A stretch of 64,000 bases of DNA, taken from contig NC_058373.1 in the NCBI RefSeq assembly GCF_018350175.1, positions 109,928,001 through 109,992,000 on the forward strand, given 5' to 3'. The position numbers and the translations under genes are program-made. The stretch comes from Felis catus (Eukaryota). The notes beneath the pieces were generated by a model that worked only from the letters and a program-made list of their open reading frames with translations, was not told the DNA's origin and did not search any database. Below, piece after piece: positions 1-11,564 of the stretch; within the stretch, counting starts at the first letter, position 1, and every line of letters begins with the position of its first letter.

Positions 1-95
1 TATTTTTCTGAGTTTTAAAATGCCCAATTCTTGTAAGTCCTTGCCTTCAAAACAACTAAATAGAGCTCTTCTTTTTTTGAATGCAGTACCCATTC

Positions 96-275
96 TTTTT
101 ATTTTTTTAAGTTTATTTATTTATTTTGAGAGAGAGAGAGAGAGAAAGCAGGGGAAGGGCAGAGAGAGAGGATCCCAAGCAGGCTCCGTGCTGTCATCGA
201 AGAGCCCAGCGCAGCACTTGAACTCACCAACTGAGATCATGACCTGAGCTGAAATCAAGATTCAGATGCTTAACC
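96..275 (-). mobile_element. Can-SINE (5' truncated)
   Basis: T-rich tail, (GA)n, GAGATCATGACCTGAGCTGAAATCAAGA core. Confidence 0.9.
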
Positions 276-527
276 CTAATGGAGCTCTTTTACAAATTAA
301 TTTTAGCAATACTATCTGGAGGTAGAGAAAATATCTCACATTTACAACACATATGAACACACAAATAGACACATGCAAACAAAAATCTTACAGCTTTTGT
401 TTTTTACTAACATTTGTGGCGAGGACACTATAGGCCCCATCTCCAAATATCTCCATTTTCCCCCCTGCCCCCCCCCTTCCCTGATGGAAAACTTTTCCCT
501 AAAATTTGTATTTCAAAGAGTTGCTCA

Positions 528-735
528 GGGTGTCTGGTGGGTGGCTCAGTTGGTTAAGCATCTGACTTTGGCTTGGGTCATGATCTGGAGGTTCATGGGT
601 TTGAGCCCCATGTTGTGCTCTCTGATATCAGCACAGAGCCTGCTTCAGGTCCTGTCTCCCCCTCTCTCTGCCCCTCCCCCACTTACATGTGCACACCTGT
701 GCATTCTCTCTCTCAAAAATAAAAATGTTAAAAAA
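528..735 (+). mobile_element. Can-SINE
   Basis: GGTGGCTCAGTTGGTTAAGC head, CT-rich tract, AATAAA/A tail. Confidence 0.9.
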
Positions 736-799
736 ACACACACAAAGCAGAGTGGCTTTTAGGTCCTAGAGAAGATGAGGGTAGAAAATTTACATCATA

Positions 800-956
800 G
801 GGGCTGCCTGGGTGGCTCAGTTGGTTGAGCATCCAACTCTTGATTTCATTTCAGGTCATGATCCCAGAGGCGTGGGATCGAGCCCCACATCTCTCCCTCT
901 GCCCTCTCCCCTGCTCATACTTGCTCTCTATGATTTAAAAAAAAAAAAAAAAAAAA
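800..956 (+). mobile_element. Can-SINE, internally deleted
   Basis: SINE head and poly(A); TSD AAATTTACATCATA on both sides. Confidence 0.9.
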
Positions 957-1180
957 GGAAATTTACATCATAAACACATAGAGCATGTACACAAGTTTTC
1001 TCCAAGGTGGACTTTTTAGGACATCTTAGCCTCTTACCAGAAGTGCCAGAGCTTTGGCAAAAAAAAAAAAAAAAAAAAAAAAAAAGCCCTTTTAGCAGTT
1101 TGTATTTTTAAAAGGTCTTTCCCCACCTCCTCCATTTTTTTTTTCTTCAGGCAGGTGGTTGTGGGCTTTATTTACATTTC

Positions 1181-1399
1181 TTTTTTTTTTTCTTTTAATG
1201 TTTTTATTTATTTTTGAAGGAGAGAGAGAGAGATTGATCTGGGAAGGAGCAGAGAGAGAGGGAGACACAGAATCCGAAGTGAGCTCTGGGCTCTGAGCTG
1301 TCAGCACTGAGCTCGACGCAGGGCTTGAACTCAGGAGCTGTGAGATCATGACCTGAGCCGAAGTCAGACGCTTAACCGACTAAGACACCCAGTTGCCCC
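1181..1399 (-). mobile_element. Can-SINE (SINEC_Fc-type)
   Basis: Full-length reverse-complement consensus. Confidence 0.95.
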
Positions 1400-1764
1400 A
1401 CTTTATTTATGTTTCAAAGACATGATCAGATTTTTTATTTCAAGGGACAGAGAAAGAATGTAAAAACTTTGTTTTTTCTTGAGCTTCAGGGTAATTGCTA
1501 TTTAAAGTTTACCTTCCTTTTCTTAAATACAGGACAATTTTGTTCCAATATCCTGATCTTTTATACTATCTACAAGCATTTTGAGAGGAATAGGTGAAGT
1601 TTGGAGATTGGTAAACATAGGTGGGCTTTGACCTGCTTCTATACTTGCATTTCTGGTTTTGTAGAGATTTGTAAGACAAAGACAGTTGTTTCTAATTCTC
1701 CAAAGAACTGGATAACAGCCTGAATATCAAGAGGCTGGCCTACCTTTTAAACTAAATTTGTTTC

Positions 1765-1981
1765 TTTTTTGTTTTAATTTTTTTTTAATGTTTTTATTTA
1801 TTTGAGAGACAGAGCATGAGCAGGGGAGGGGCAGAGAGAGAGGGAGACACAGAATCCCAAGCAGGCTCCAGGCACTGAGCTGTCAGCACAGAGCCCGACG
1901 CTGGGCTCGAACTCACGGACCGTGAAATCATGACCTGAGCCGAAGTCAGACACTCAACCGACTGAGCCACCCAGGCGCCCC
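1765..1981 (-). mobile_element. Can-SINE (SINEC_Fc-type)
   Basis: Full length; TSD TAAATTTG(T/C)TTCTTT. Confidence 0.95.
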
Positions 1982-2055
1982 TAAATTTGCTTCTTTATAT
2001 CAGGAGATTTTTAACTAAAATGGGAATAAAAAGATTTATACCTATGTAAAGTTTG

Positions 2056-2512
2056 TGTCCAGGAGCAAGTATTCCTGTGTCCTCAGAGGTCATTCTAGCT
2101 GGACTAAGAATCATATTAACAAGAAAAAATCAAATTTAATAGGCATGGGAATGGGGAGTCCACATAGGCATGGAAATTCCAAAGACAGTCAAGAGGAGGT
2201 GTGTATGTCACTCTGAACTAAGGAGAAAGGGTTCAAGGCCTGGGATTTCAGAGGAAAGAATGCACTTCACAGGGCATTAAGAGCAGATGTTTGGAAATGA
2301 GATGCTTGCCCTGCCACACAGATGGCCACTCAGATAAAATTTATCTCTGTTAATAACTCTTTCTGGGAAAGACCCCCAAGTTAGAATTTTCTGTGTGGTT
2401 AAGGGAGGGACAAAAGTTTTTCTTGAGCCATAGAGTCTCAAGTGCCTTCAGCTCAAAATAACCCACAGGCTGAGGTGGCACATTCTGAGGGGTCCTGTCC
2501 TGAACCCCTTCA
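2056..2512 (-). mobile_element. MER34-like ERV1 solo LTR
   Basis: Minus strand begins TGAAGGGGTTCAGGACA...ATTTTGAGCTGAAGGCACTTGAG; TG..CA ends; near-TSD TTTG/TCTG; similar to 6493-6978 and 47440-47892. Confidence 0.8.
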
Positions 2513-2602
2513 TCTGTATAAAACATTTTAACAAAAGCCTTCTTTCTTTCTGGTTATACAATTCAACCTTGGCTTCTGTGAGCTTCTGAACAATAGCCTT
2601 CC

Positions 2603-2864
2603 AAATCAACAGTCAGAGCCTTAACCGACTGAGCCACCCAGGTGCCCCTAACCATCCGACTCTTGATGGTTCAGGTCATGATCTCATGGTTCGTGAGTTC
2701 AAGCCCCATGCTAGGCTCTGCGCTGACAGTGTGGAACCTGCTTGGGATTCTCTCTCTCCCTCTGTCTCTGCTCCTCCCCTGCTCACTCACTTGCTGGCTC
2801 TCTTTCAAAATAAATAAATAAGTATTAAATTTTTTTTTCAATTTTTTAATTTTTTTTTTAATGT
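2603..2864. mobile_element. Fused head-to-head Can-SINE fragments
   Basis: Minus-strand SINE head 2603-2648 joined to a plus-strand SINE lacking its first ~25 nt (2649-2830). Confidence 0.85.
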
Positions 2865-3106
2865 CTGAGGCTGTCACAGCCTGGTTACAGAGCCCTAGGA
2901 GGTAGGAGCAAACAAGCCTACTGCCAGTCTTGGGTGCTTTTGCTAAATTCATTTTCTGGCTTTCAGCATTTACATGAGCTACCTGTATACTTTGAACCTA
3001 GAGACTGGCCAGAGTGCTCTCTGTAAATCCCTTAGGGAAAGGGGAAGTTAGCAAAGGCAGATGGAACTGGATTTTAACAAGGGGAATTTACATTGGATGT
3101 GAACAT

Positions 3107-3330
3107 TTGTTTTTTTAAATGTTTATTTAATTTTGAGAGAGAGAGACAGAGACAGAGACAGAGCATGAGCATGGGAGGGGCAGAGAAAGGAGGAGATGCA
3201 GAATCCAAAGCAGGCTCCAGGCTCTGAGCTGTCAGCACAGAGCCTGATGCGGGGCTCAAACCCACAAGCTGTGAGATCATTACCTGAGCTGAAGCCAGAC
3301 ATTTAACCGACTGAGCCACCCAGACACCCC
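3107..3330 (-). mobile_element. Can-SINE (SINEC_Fc-type)
   Basis: Full-length consensus match. Confidence 0.95.
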
Positions 3331-3757
3331 ATATTTATTTTTATCTTAAGTCTAATTTCTGTTCTTTTATCTTGTCAAAGGAGTCCCTAAGGCAGGCCAT
3401 TATACTAAGAAGACAATTGAGAGCTATCTATAAAGGATGTATATATATTTTAAATATGTCCAATTTAAAGGATTCATCATCTGGCCATTGATAAGTGTGA
3501 TCTCCTAATAGCAACTCAAACCAATAAGCCTTTCAATGACTTAACCGAAGATGCAGGAGGCATCCAGAGAGAGGGCACAGGGGCTGCAGACCCCACGATC
3601 CAAAAGTTTACAACCAGAATTAGTCTAAGAAAGCAAAAGCATTTGTTGCACAGGCGGTAAGGATGGTTTAGTGAACGCGGTGTCTCCGGTCTCCCACGAA
3701 AACGCGAGACACTTCCAGTCACAGACCTGCTAATCTATGACACTAGGCAGATGCCGC

Positions 3758-4123
3758 TGCACCCGAAATAAGGTGAATTTGCTCCGTGGTCAGTCACAGG
3801 AGGAGAGCACACCAGGTGGAGTCACACAAAGGAAATAAAAATGTCACAGCAAATGACTCCCTGTGCAGGATTCAGCATGGTTCTTTTTTTGTTGTTAATG
3901 TTTATTTATTTAATGTTTATTTATTTTTGAGAGAGAGACCGAGTGTGAACAGGAGGGGGGCAGAGAGAGAGGAAGACACAGAATCTGAAGCAGGCTCCAG
4001 GCTCTGAGCTGTGGGCACAGAGCCCAATGCGGAGCTCGAACCCACAAACTGTGAGATCATGACCTGAGCCAAAGTCGGACGCTTAACTGACTGAGCCACT
4101 CAGGTACCCCTTATTTATTTATT

Positions 4124-4166
<43 letters not shown>

Positions 4167-4863
4167 ACAAGCAGGGGAGGGGCAGAGAGAGAGAGAGAGG
4201 GAGAGAGAGAGTCAGCACAGAGCCTGACTCGGGGCTTGAACTCACCAACCATGAGATCATGACCTGAGCTGAAATCAAGAGTTGGATGCCTAACTGAGCA
4301 CCCAGGTGCTGCCCGCACCTTGAGTGGGTTCTTTTTATTTAGGGTTTAGGATGAATATTCATGAAGGGGAGCTTCGCCATTGTCTTTAAAGTGGGCATGA
4401 GTTTGCACAGGCGTACTTGGAAAACATGCCTGTACGTACATACTGGGTCATGGTAGTGAAGCTTCTGCTCCTCCTGGAACTGAGGTCTTAACGTTATAAG
4501 GAGGCAAAGGTAACTGTCAACTGTCAGTTAATTTGTCAACTGTCTCAGGAAAGGACTGCAGGGGGTCTTGCTTACCTTTGAGGTGGGGGAGGGGGTGGTT
4601 ACCATTGATTTATTGTCTCTGAAAAGGTTAGGCTATCTTCTGGCCTGGTAGAGATTATTCATTTTTGCATTCCTTTTGTTCCTTTAAAATCCTTAACAAC
4701 TGAGGTTTTTGCATTTATTTAGAATTCTGACACCCTCTAGGAAGAGCTGGTAGGGCATATAAGAATCACGGAAGATAGCTGGGTGCCTAAAATGGCTTGT
4801 CTTAGGTCATGAGAGTTATGACTCATCTTTCTTTTTCTGGGAACCTCTAACTCTCTGCTTCCA
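3758..4863 (-). mobile_element. Probable ERV1 solo LTR carrying two SINE insertions
   Basis: TG..CA ends; flanks CCGC/CTAC (possible TSD after CpG decay); minus strand starts TGGAAGCAGAGAGTTAG; ~660 bp once the SINEs are removed. Confidence 0.45.
3884..4314 (-). mobile_element. Two tandem Can-SINEs (3884-4110, 4111-4314)
   Basis: Two consecutive reverse-complement SINE bodies with (GA)n. Confidence 0.92.
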
Positions 4864-5059
4864 CTACCCGAATGGGACTTTCCAGCACTGACAAGCAATG
4901 TAGGCTGAGAGAACAAAGGAACTTATGGCCTGTGACCTCTCATGACAAACACCCCTAAGAGCTGGCATGTCCAGAGACTCGGAACCCTATTCAACTGGCC
5001 TGCAAAGTGCACCCTGGTAAGCGCATCTTCTGGATGGTGGAAACCAAAAAGAATATTAT

Positions 5060-5757
5060 TAATGAAGTTTTGGGGTGATGGTGGGGTTCGTGGAGTCCAG
5101 AGCCTATGGCCAAGAGAGAATTCTTGAAGACCTCTTTGGTGCAAAAGGGTAATTTTATTAGAGCCTGGGGACAGGACCCGTGGGCAGGAAGAGCTGCACT
5201 GGGGTCAAGACGGGGAGTCATTGAATATTCTCAGGTTGGGAGGGGTCAGGGATAGAGTAAGTCTCCAAGGAACTCTGGAAGCAAGGTTTCCAGGAGCTTG
5301 AGGGGGGCTAGCTGTTCCTAGGGAAACGCCATTTATTACCATTTAATAAAACCTCAGTCATGAGACCCTTCAGATGTTTATCGGGGGCCATAAACTTAGA
5401 GCATAATTGCCAGCATATATCTTGGGGCAGTTGAGATAAAGGAGGTAGACTTACAGGATCTGGAGGCTGGGACTATGTTAAGCCAAGGCTCTCTTTTGCT
5501 TCTAGCAAAGTGTCATCATCAGGTAGCTGAGCTCCTTGAGGGAAGTTACTTTGCCAGTTTCGAGGATTTGTCAATGGGCTGCAGGCAGTAAGAGAATTTA
5601 ATTTTTCTTTTGCCTTAGTTTCTCATATTACCATGGCAAGCACTGAAACCTCTTTCCTTCGTTCTTGGGTAGCCAGGAGTGTCAGAATATTCCTCCTGGG
5701 GGGTGGGGGGGTGCCGGCCTATATTTTGCCCTTAGCTTACCCCAAGCTCCCTCGTGG
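5060..5757 (-). mobile_element. Carnivore ERV1 solo LTR (CarLTR-like), long type
   Basis: Reverse-complement homologue of 9011-9698; 4-bp TSD TTAT (5056-5059, 5758-5761); AATAAA on minus strand near 5154. Confidence 0.85.
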
Positions 5758-6492
5758 TTATCACTGGTCACAAAGACAAACTCTTAGGGCATAGAACAAA
5801 ATGAAAGGGAAAATCTCATCCACTTTTTCTTAGATGCACATTAGCAGCTCTAAGCAAGCCTTGGATCTCCTGAAACCAAACTAATACCTGGGAAGGGTGT
5901 ACTATGGGATTGGGTATTGTGTGCTGTTTTACAGTGCACCAGGCTGCGCGGAAATTTTGAGGTTGGCAGGTGACCTAGTGTCGATCTAATCCATTCCACG
6001 ACTAACTTATCCTAACATGGGAGTCTTCAAGTTAGGTGATCAGTGTTCTAACAGCTGGGAAAGTACTCTCCCCGTGTTTACCCGTGGCTTGGGCTTCCAG
6101 GATGTCCCTTGGCAGCAGCCTTTACCTCATGTGCCCATGAACCCACAGCAAAGTTTCTATGACAAATGACATAAAAGACATAGACAAAGAAAAACAAAAG
6201 GACTTATCTGGGAGAGGAAATTGATCAGTATTCCACCAAATTTCCCAAGAGTTGCTAAACCTGAGGAACTAGTTCCACGGGTATTTTCTCCTGCTCATCT
6301 AAATTAAGAAAGAAAAAGAACGCTGATTACTCTCACTCCACAGGACTCCACAGATAGAGATCTCAGGAGACCAACATGGTAAGAAATCTTACCTTCTGCT
6401 GGCTGTTTGCCAGATTTCCCAAGGATCGCTACAGCTGTGTCAGGGACAAGCCATGTGCAACGAGTCCAAGTATCTTGCCAAATAGTCCCAAC

Positions 6493-6978
6493 TATTGAGG
6501 AGGAAGAAACTTTCCTCTATCCAAATTTCTTGATAGCTGGGCCATCAAGAATTAAATTTACCTGAGACCGGCCGATTAACAGGAGAAAATCAAATTTACT
6601 TCGTATCTGTGGGGAGTCCACACACATGAAATTCCAAAGAGAGTCAGACAACGGGAAGCCTATTTGTGACATCCTGAGGTGAAGAGAGGAGTAGGGGTCT
6701 AGAGATCCAAAGGGGAGGAAGGCTAATAGCAGGAAGGTGAGAAGAGATTGTGGTAAACAAAGGTTGCCCTGTTGTGCAACTACGTTTCTCAGGTAAAGAA
6801 GAATCTCTGTTCCTAGCTCTATTCCTGGTACAGGCTCTCCTGTCCAATGTAAATTTAGGCAGTTGAAGGGGAGATAAAGAGCTTTTCCTGAACCTGCTGG
6901 GTTTTGATTGCTTTTAATTTAGAGTAATCTTGATGCCCAAGTGGCCCACCTTGGGGCAGCCTGTCCTTGGCCCCTACA
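6493..6978 (-). mobile_element. MER34-like LTR, probable 5' LTR of the decayed provirus
   Basis: Minus strand begins TGTAGGGGCCAAGGACAGGCTGCCCCAAG; homologous to 47440-47892; followed by PBS-like motif. Confidence 0.85.
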
Positions 6979-7834
6979 GAATTTTATGGGAAAAGCGGGA
7001 AATATCAATGAAACAATCGGGCACAGCCTATAAACTAGATGTTGCCAGAGCAAGGATAGGCCACTTCTAAGACTCACGTTAATGTGCAATCTAGAGAGCT
7101 GTCATTGTGTAAAAACAAACACCACTAGCTTACATTAGAAGAGGTTTTGGCTGCTTCTTTTCACCGTCTAGGACACTCTTCATCCAGAATAAGCAAATAG
7201 TTCGAGGAATTTAAGCAGGAGCTCAAAAGACATTTCCAATCTAAATAGTCTCCATATTTTCACAAGAATGCCAGTTACAGGATGGGAAATTAATATTGAC
7301 CCATCTACAGAGGGGAAAATATCTTGTCTCTGAAGTGCAAGGAACCTTCTTGCACTGATGCAAGAAAATCCTGAGTAGGGTGTATCATTGTTAAATGTAT
7401 AGTTAATAGACCAAACAATGTTAGGTCAAAGCCTACAAAGAAAGGGTCAGGGAGGTAAAACTAAAAGAAAAACACATCGGTTTTGTTTGTCCAGATTCAT
7501 AGTGTAAACATATGGAGTAGATTATCTCCAGATCGAAGTTAAATGAATCAGCAGTGATACCTTCATGTTTAGAGTTTTCATCAAAATTATTTAGGAGAAG
7601 CAAAATTAGCTGATTTAACTTTTCTCTGCTCACTGGGTATACAAATATGTACATGACATAAGTGACCTGACTGACACACACATTTGTTCATCATTCTTTT
7701 GTGTCAGCCAATTAGCTGCATTAGCGTAATTCTTCCTTTTTAAAGATTTATTGGGGGGGGGGTGGGGAGCTATCAACCACATTTTTGGTACATTCAGGAA
7801 GTTAGAATGGACCACATTGTTCAAGTTCTTGGGC

Positions 7835-8035
7835 ATGAATATGGTATTGTGGTTTTGGAGAATACATGCTGAACTCTTTAGCAGTGAAATGTCACAGTGC
7901 CTCCGACTTACTTTCGAACGGTTCAGAGAGAGAAAAAAGCAAATTGCTCAAATGCTATCAAGTGGTGAATGCAGGCAAAGATTATATGTAGATTTATCAT
8001 ACTATTATATCCCTTTTTTGTAGGTTTAAAATTAA
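7835..8035 (+). mobile_element. Ancient L1 (L1ME/MD-like) 3' UTR fragment
   Basis: ATGGTATTGTGGTT...ATACATGCTGAA...TTACTTT...GGTGAAT...TTTTTGTAGGTTT motif order. Confidence 0.5.
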
Positions 8036-8462
8036 ATGTTGGAGGAAAATGATGTAAAACAAAAAGGCTCTTGAAGCTTACAAAACGGTTTTTCCCCTTG
8101 AACCCTTCTGTAAAGAAGCAATACACGTAGCTTTAGAGGCTATTTAAAACCTGTTTTTAACTCCTGAATCATAGTTTGATTTGGCTGAAATACAGGTTTA
8201 TGACCAAATGCTAAGCTTTGGTCTTCCCAAAATATTTTTGAAGGAAGGCAGTATAGGTAACTCAAAATGAATTTGCAAAATGGGACTCTCTGGCATCAGA
8301 CCAGGGTGATAACAATTGGAGGGATAGCTGCTGTAGGTAGAAAATACGACTAAATCTGGGCATGTCTGCTTGTAGTTAAAACTGACATGCTAGTGTACAC
8401 ATTGGATTAATGACATATACCTGAAGCCTTAGAGGAGTATTTACAAAGAGTTCTACTGTGTT

Positions 8463-8960
8463 TGTATCAGTGAGGGTCTAGGCAGAAAAATAGAAACCGC
8501 TGTTTGAAAGAGAGGATTTAATGCAAGGAATTGGTTACACAGGTGATTGAACAGCTGAGGCTGAGAAGCCCTGCGGACAGTGAAGCAACTCAGAGTTAGC
8601 ACAGCAAGAGGCCGCTCCCTCCTCTAGTGCAGAGGGGACTTTGGGAAGAAACGGTGCCATCAGAGCCCGAAGCTGGGGCTGCCTGTGGGGGCTGGAGCCA
8701 GGGCCCTGGAGGGAGGGGCTGCTCCATGGGAGCTTGAGCCACCATGGAGACATCCCCTGCCAGAGATGGGAGGGAAGAAATCTCTGCCTGTCCCCTCCCT
8801 CCTCCCAACACTCACCAGTGCTCCTCAATGGCCAAACTTATGGGGGGAGATACAGGGTGAGCAGGTTTGGGGAAAGTGATCTCTTGTGATAAAGAGCAGA
8901 GAAGGGAAAGGGCAAGGACTGGATCTGAGAGCAAGCAACTAGAGAAGAGAGAGGAACACA
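8463..8960. mobile_element. Old ERVL-class LTR (LTR33/LTR41-like)
   Basis: TGTATCAGTGAGGGTCTAGGCAGAAAA...GGATTTAATGCAAGGAATTGGTTACACAGGTG and CCAGTGCTCCTCAATGGCCAAAC motifs. Confidence 0.5.
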
Positions 8961-9010
8961 TATTATATCTCCTTGCTAAAAGTTCTCATATTCACAGTCA
9001 GATGTGATAG

Positions 9011-9698
9011 TTATGAGGGAGCATGAGGCAAGCTGAGGGCAAAATACAGGCTAACAGCAACCCCCGCCACACCCAGGTGGGATATGTGTGGTAGTCCTCA
9101 GACACTCCTGGCTACCCAGGAACAAAGGAAAGGGGTTTAAGTGCTTGCCAGGGTGATGTGGGAAACTAAGGCAAATGAAAAGTTAAATTCCCTTACTGGC
9201 TGTGGCCCATTGACAAGTCCTTGAAACTGGGCCAAGTGACCTCCTTCTAGGAGCTCAGCTGCCTAGATGATGATACTTTGCTGGGGCAAAAGAGAATCTT
9301 AGCTTCACCTTATCCCAACCTCCAGGATCCTGTAAGTCTACTTCCTTTATCTCAACTGCCCCAAGAAATATGCTGGCAATCATACTCCAAGCTTAAGGCC
9401 TCCTGATATACATCTGAAGGGTCTCATGACTGAGGCTTCATGAAACAGTAATAATTGGTATTTCCCCTACCTCAAGGTCCTGGAAACCTTGCTTCCAAAA
9501 CACCTTAGAGACTTATTCCATCCCTGACTCCCTGCCAACCTGACGGGTATATAGTCATGACCCCAGTGCAGCTCTTTGGCCCATGGGTCCTATCCCAGCG
9601 CTTTAATAAAATCACCTTTTTGCACCAAAGACGTCTTCAAGAATTCTCTCTTGGCTGTCAGTTCCAGACTACCCTACCATCGCCCCCAAACTTCATCA
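9011..9698 (+). mobile_element. Carnivore ERV1 solo LTR (CarLTR-like), long type
   Basis: TSD ATAG (9007-9010, 9699-9702); TATATA ~9548; AATAAA ~9605; ends CATCA. Confidence 0.88.
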
Positions 9699-9722
9699 AT
9701 AGGCTTTTAAAAAACAAGAAGA

Positions 9723-9945
9723 GGGGCGCCTGGGTGGTGCAGCCGGTTAAGCGTCCGACTTCAGCCGGGTCACCATCTCGCAGTCCATGAGTTCGAGCCC
9801 CGCATCAGGCTCTGGGCTGATGGCTCGGAGCCTAGAGCCTGTTTCCGATTCTGTGTCTCCCTTTCTCTCTGCCCCTCCCCCGTTCATGCTCTGTCTCTCT
9901 CTGTCCCAAAAATAAATAAAAAACGTTGAAAAAAAAATTTTAAAA
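9723..9945 (+). mobile_element. Young Can-SINE
   Basis: CpG-rich; TSD-like AAAAAC(A/C)AGAAGA. Confidence 0.95.
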
Positions 9946-10028
9946 ACCAGAAGAGATATGAAATTCTAGCAATAATAGTTGAGTCGATTTAAGACTAGTG
10001 AGAAAATACTAACATCTTTAAAAAGGGG

Positions 10029-10388
10029 GGGGGCACCTGTCTGGTTCAGTTAGTGGAGCATGTGACCCTTAATCTGAGGGTGATGAGTTGAGTCCCGCTT
10101 TAGAAGTAGTAGAAGTAGTTATTACTGGGGTGTCTGGGTGGCTCAGTCGGTTAAGCGTTTGACTTCAGCTCAGGTCATGATCTCATACTCCGTGAGTTCA
10201 AGCCCCGCGTCAGGCTCTGTGCTGACAGCTCAGAGCCTGGAGCCTGCTTCAGATTCTGTGTCTCCCTCTCTCTCTGCCGCTCCCCTGCTCATGTTCTCTC
10301 TGTGTCTCAAAAATAAATAAAAACATTAAAAAAATTTTTTTTTGAAAAAAAGTAGTTATTACTTCAAAATAAAATCTTAAAAAAAAAA
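10029..10388 (+). mobile_element. Old short Can-SINE with nested SINEC_Fc (10127-10349)
   Basis: Inner SINE flanked by TSD AAGTAGTTATTACT. Confidence 0.9.
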
Positions 10389-10528
10389 GACTAATGAGAA
10401 AACAAGATTTGAAAAACAACGTATTCTAACTACATCTGGATTTATTCAGGATTGCTATAAAATATCAAATTTATTTTGCATCTTTAGTAAATAGATAACT
10501 GTCTTATAGTTATATCTGCTGTTAGTAT

Positions 10529-10998
10529 TGATGGGGTTTTGGAGTCATGGGGGTCCAGAGCTGATTAAAGCAACTAAAACACGGGGATAGGACCCAGGGG
10601 CAGAAAGAGCTGCACTGGGGGTGTGAAGAGTGACTGGTTATATACTGTGGAGTTGGGGGAGATAAAGTCAAGAGGAAATTTCTTAAAGGGATTTCCATAT
10701 GCTAAAAACGACTCACAGATTACTGGAGGCCTTATCATTAAGACAGTAGGGAGTTCCTGGAGATTAGGCTATTGATAAGATTGCCTGCCTTTTTCTTGTA
10801 ATTCCCTAAGATATTTGTAAACTGATGGAGACTCAGGTCCTGTGATCTCTATCAGTTCAACCATTTGTTTTCTGTCCTTTCCTTTGTTCTTGGGCAGTCT
10901 GGAGTGCCTAAGGAATATCACACATATCCCATTTTGGGGGGGGAGGGGTGTTGTGAGCTTGGTGCCTTGCCCTCAGCTTGCCTTATGCTCCTTCATCA
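10529..10998 (-). mobile_element. Carnivore ERV1 solo LTR (CarLTR-like), short type
   Basis: TGATG...CATCA ends; TSD GTAT (10525-10528, 10999-11002). Confidence 0.88.
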
Positions 10999-11564
10999 GT
11001 ATTACCTAACTCATGTGTGAACAAAAATATCTGAAGAGTGGAATTGTTTTCCAGGAGAATTTATAATCTTACATTTTGAACACCTAGTTGCCTGAAGGTA
11101 GAGCACAGTCCCTGTGATATTGAAACAACTCTTAGGACAGCTGGTATAAACTAGGGAGCAGTATCTTTGTTACTGTGTGTTTAAGTATCATTCTATATTC
11201 AGTTATCAACTGGCAGGGAGTTGTACAATATGACAATATCACAGAAGCATGGATTTAGCAGTAGTAGAAAAAAAAATCTGCATTATTTTTTTCTAGGTAG
11301 ACCATTTTCTAGAAAGGGAAGAAATTCTGGGATAATGTTTTAGTCTGTAGACTACTTCAGGGGAAGAAAAGAAAAATTAAAAAAACAAAATAAAACAAAG
11401 AAACCCCAAGCCCTTGCATTTCACCTATTCTACTTCCCTCTATAAAGAAAACTTCTCTGGGAAGAGAGAGACTGAAATGCCTCTTAACTTACTTCTGTCT
11501 CATCTAGACCTTTTTTTGATACTAGAAGCAAGTGAATGGGGATGGGATTGAAGGTTGCTGGTAG

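Larger units (their letters stand above)
1..6490 (-). mobile_element. Decayed ERV1 internal sequence (MER34/MER4-group-like), interrupted by SINEs and LTRs
   Basis: Abuts the 3' end of the LTR at 6493-6978 via a degenerate PBS (minus strand TGGGACTATTTGGCAAGAT, 6472-6490, resembling tRNA-Ser PBS TGGCGTAGTCGGCAGGAT) and a leader splice donor AGAAG|GTAAGA (~6386-6397); no gag/pol/env ORF; left boundary not defined. Confidence 0.55.

Noticed and set aside
1059..1085. A27 run as a retrocopy tail
   Set aside because: No upstream element body or TSD is visible; treated as a simple mononucleotide repeat.
2056..6978. MER34-like LTRs at 2056 and 6493 as a 3'/5' pair
   Set aside because: Clearly different sequences; no polypurine tract next to 2512; the left copy has its own near-TSD.
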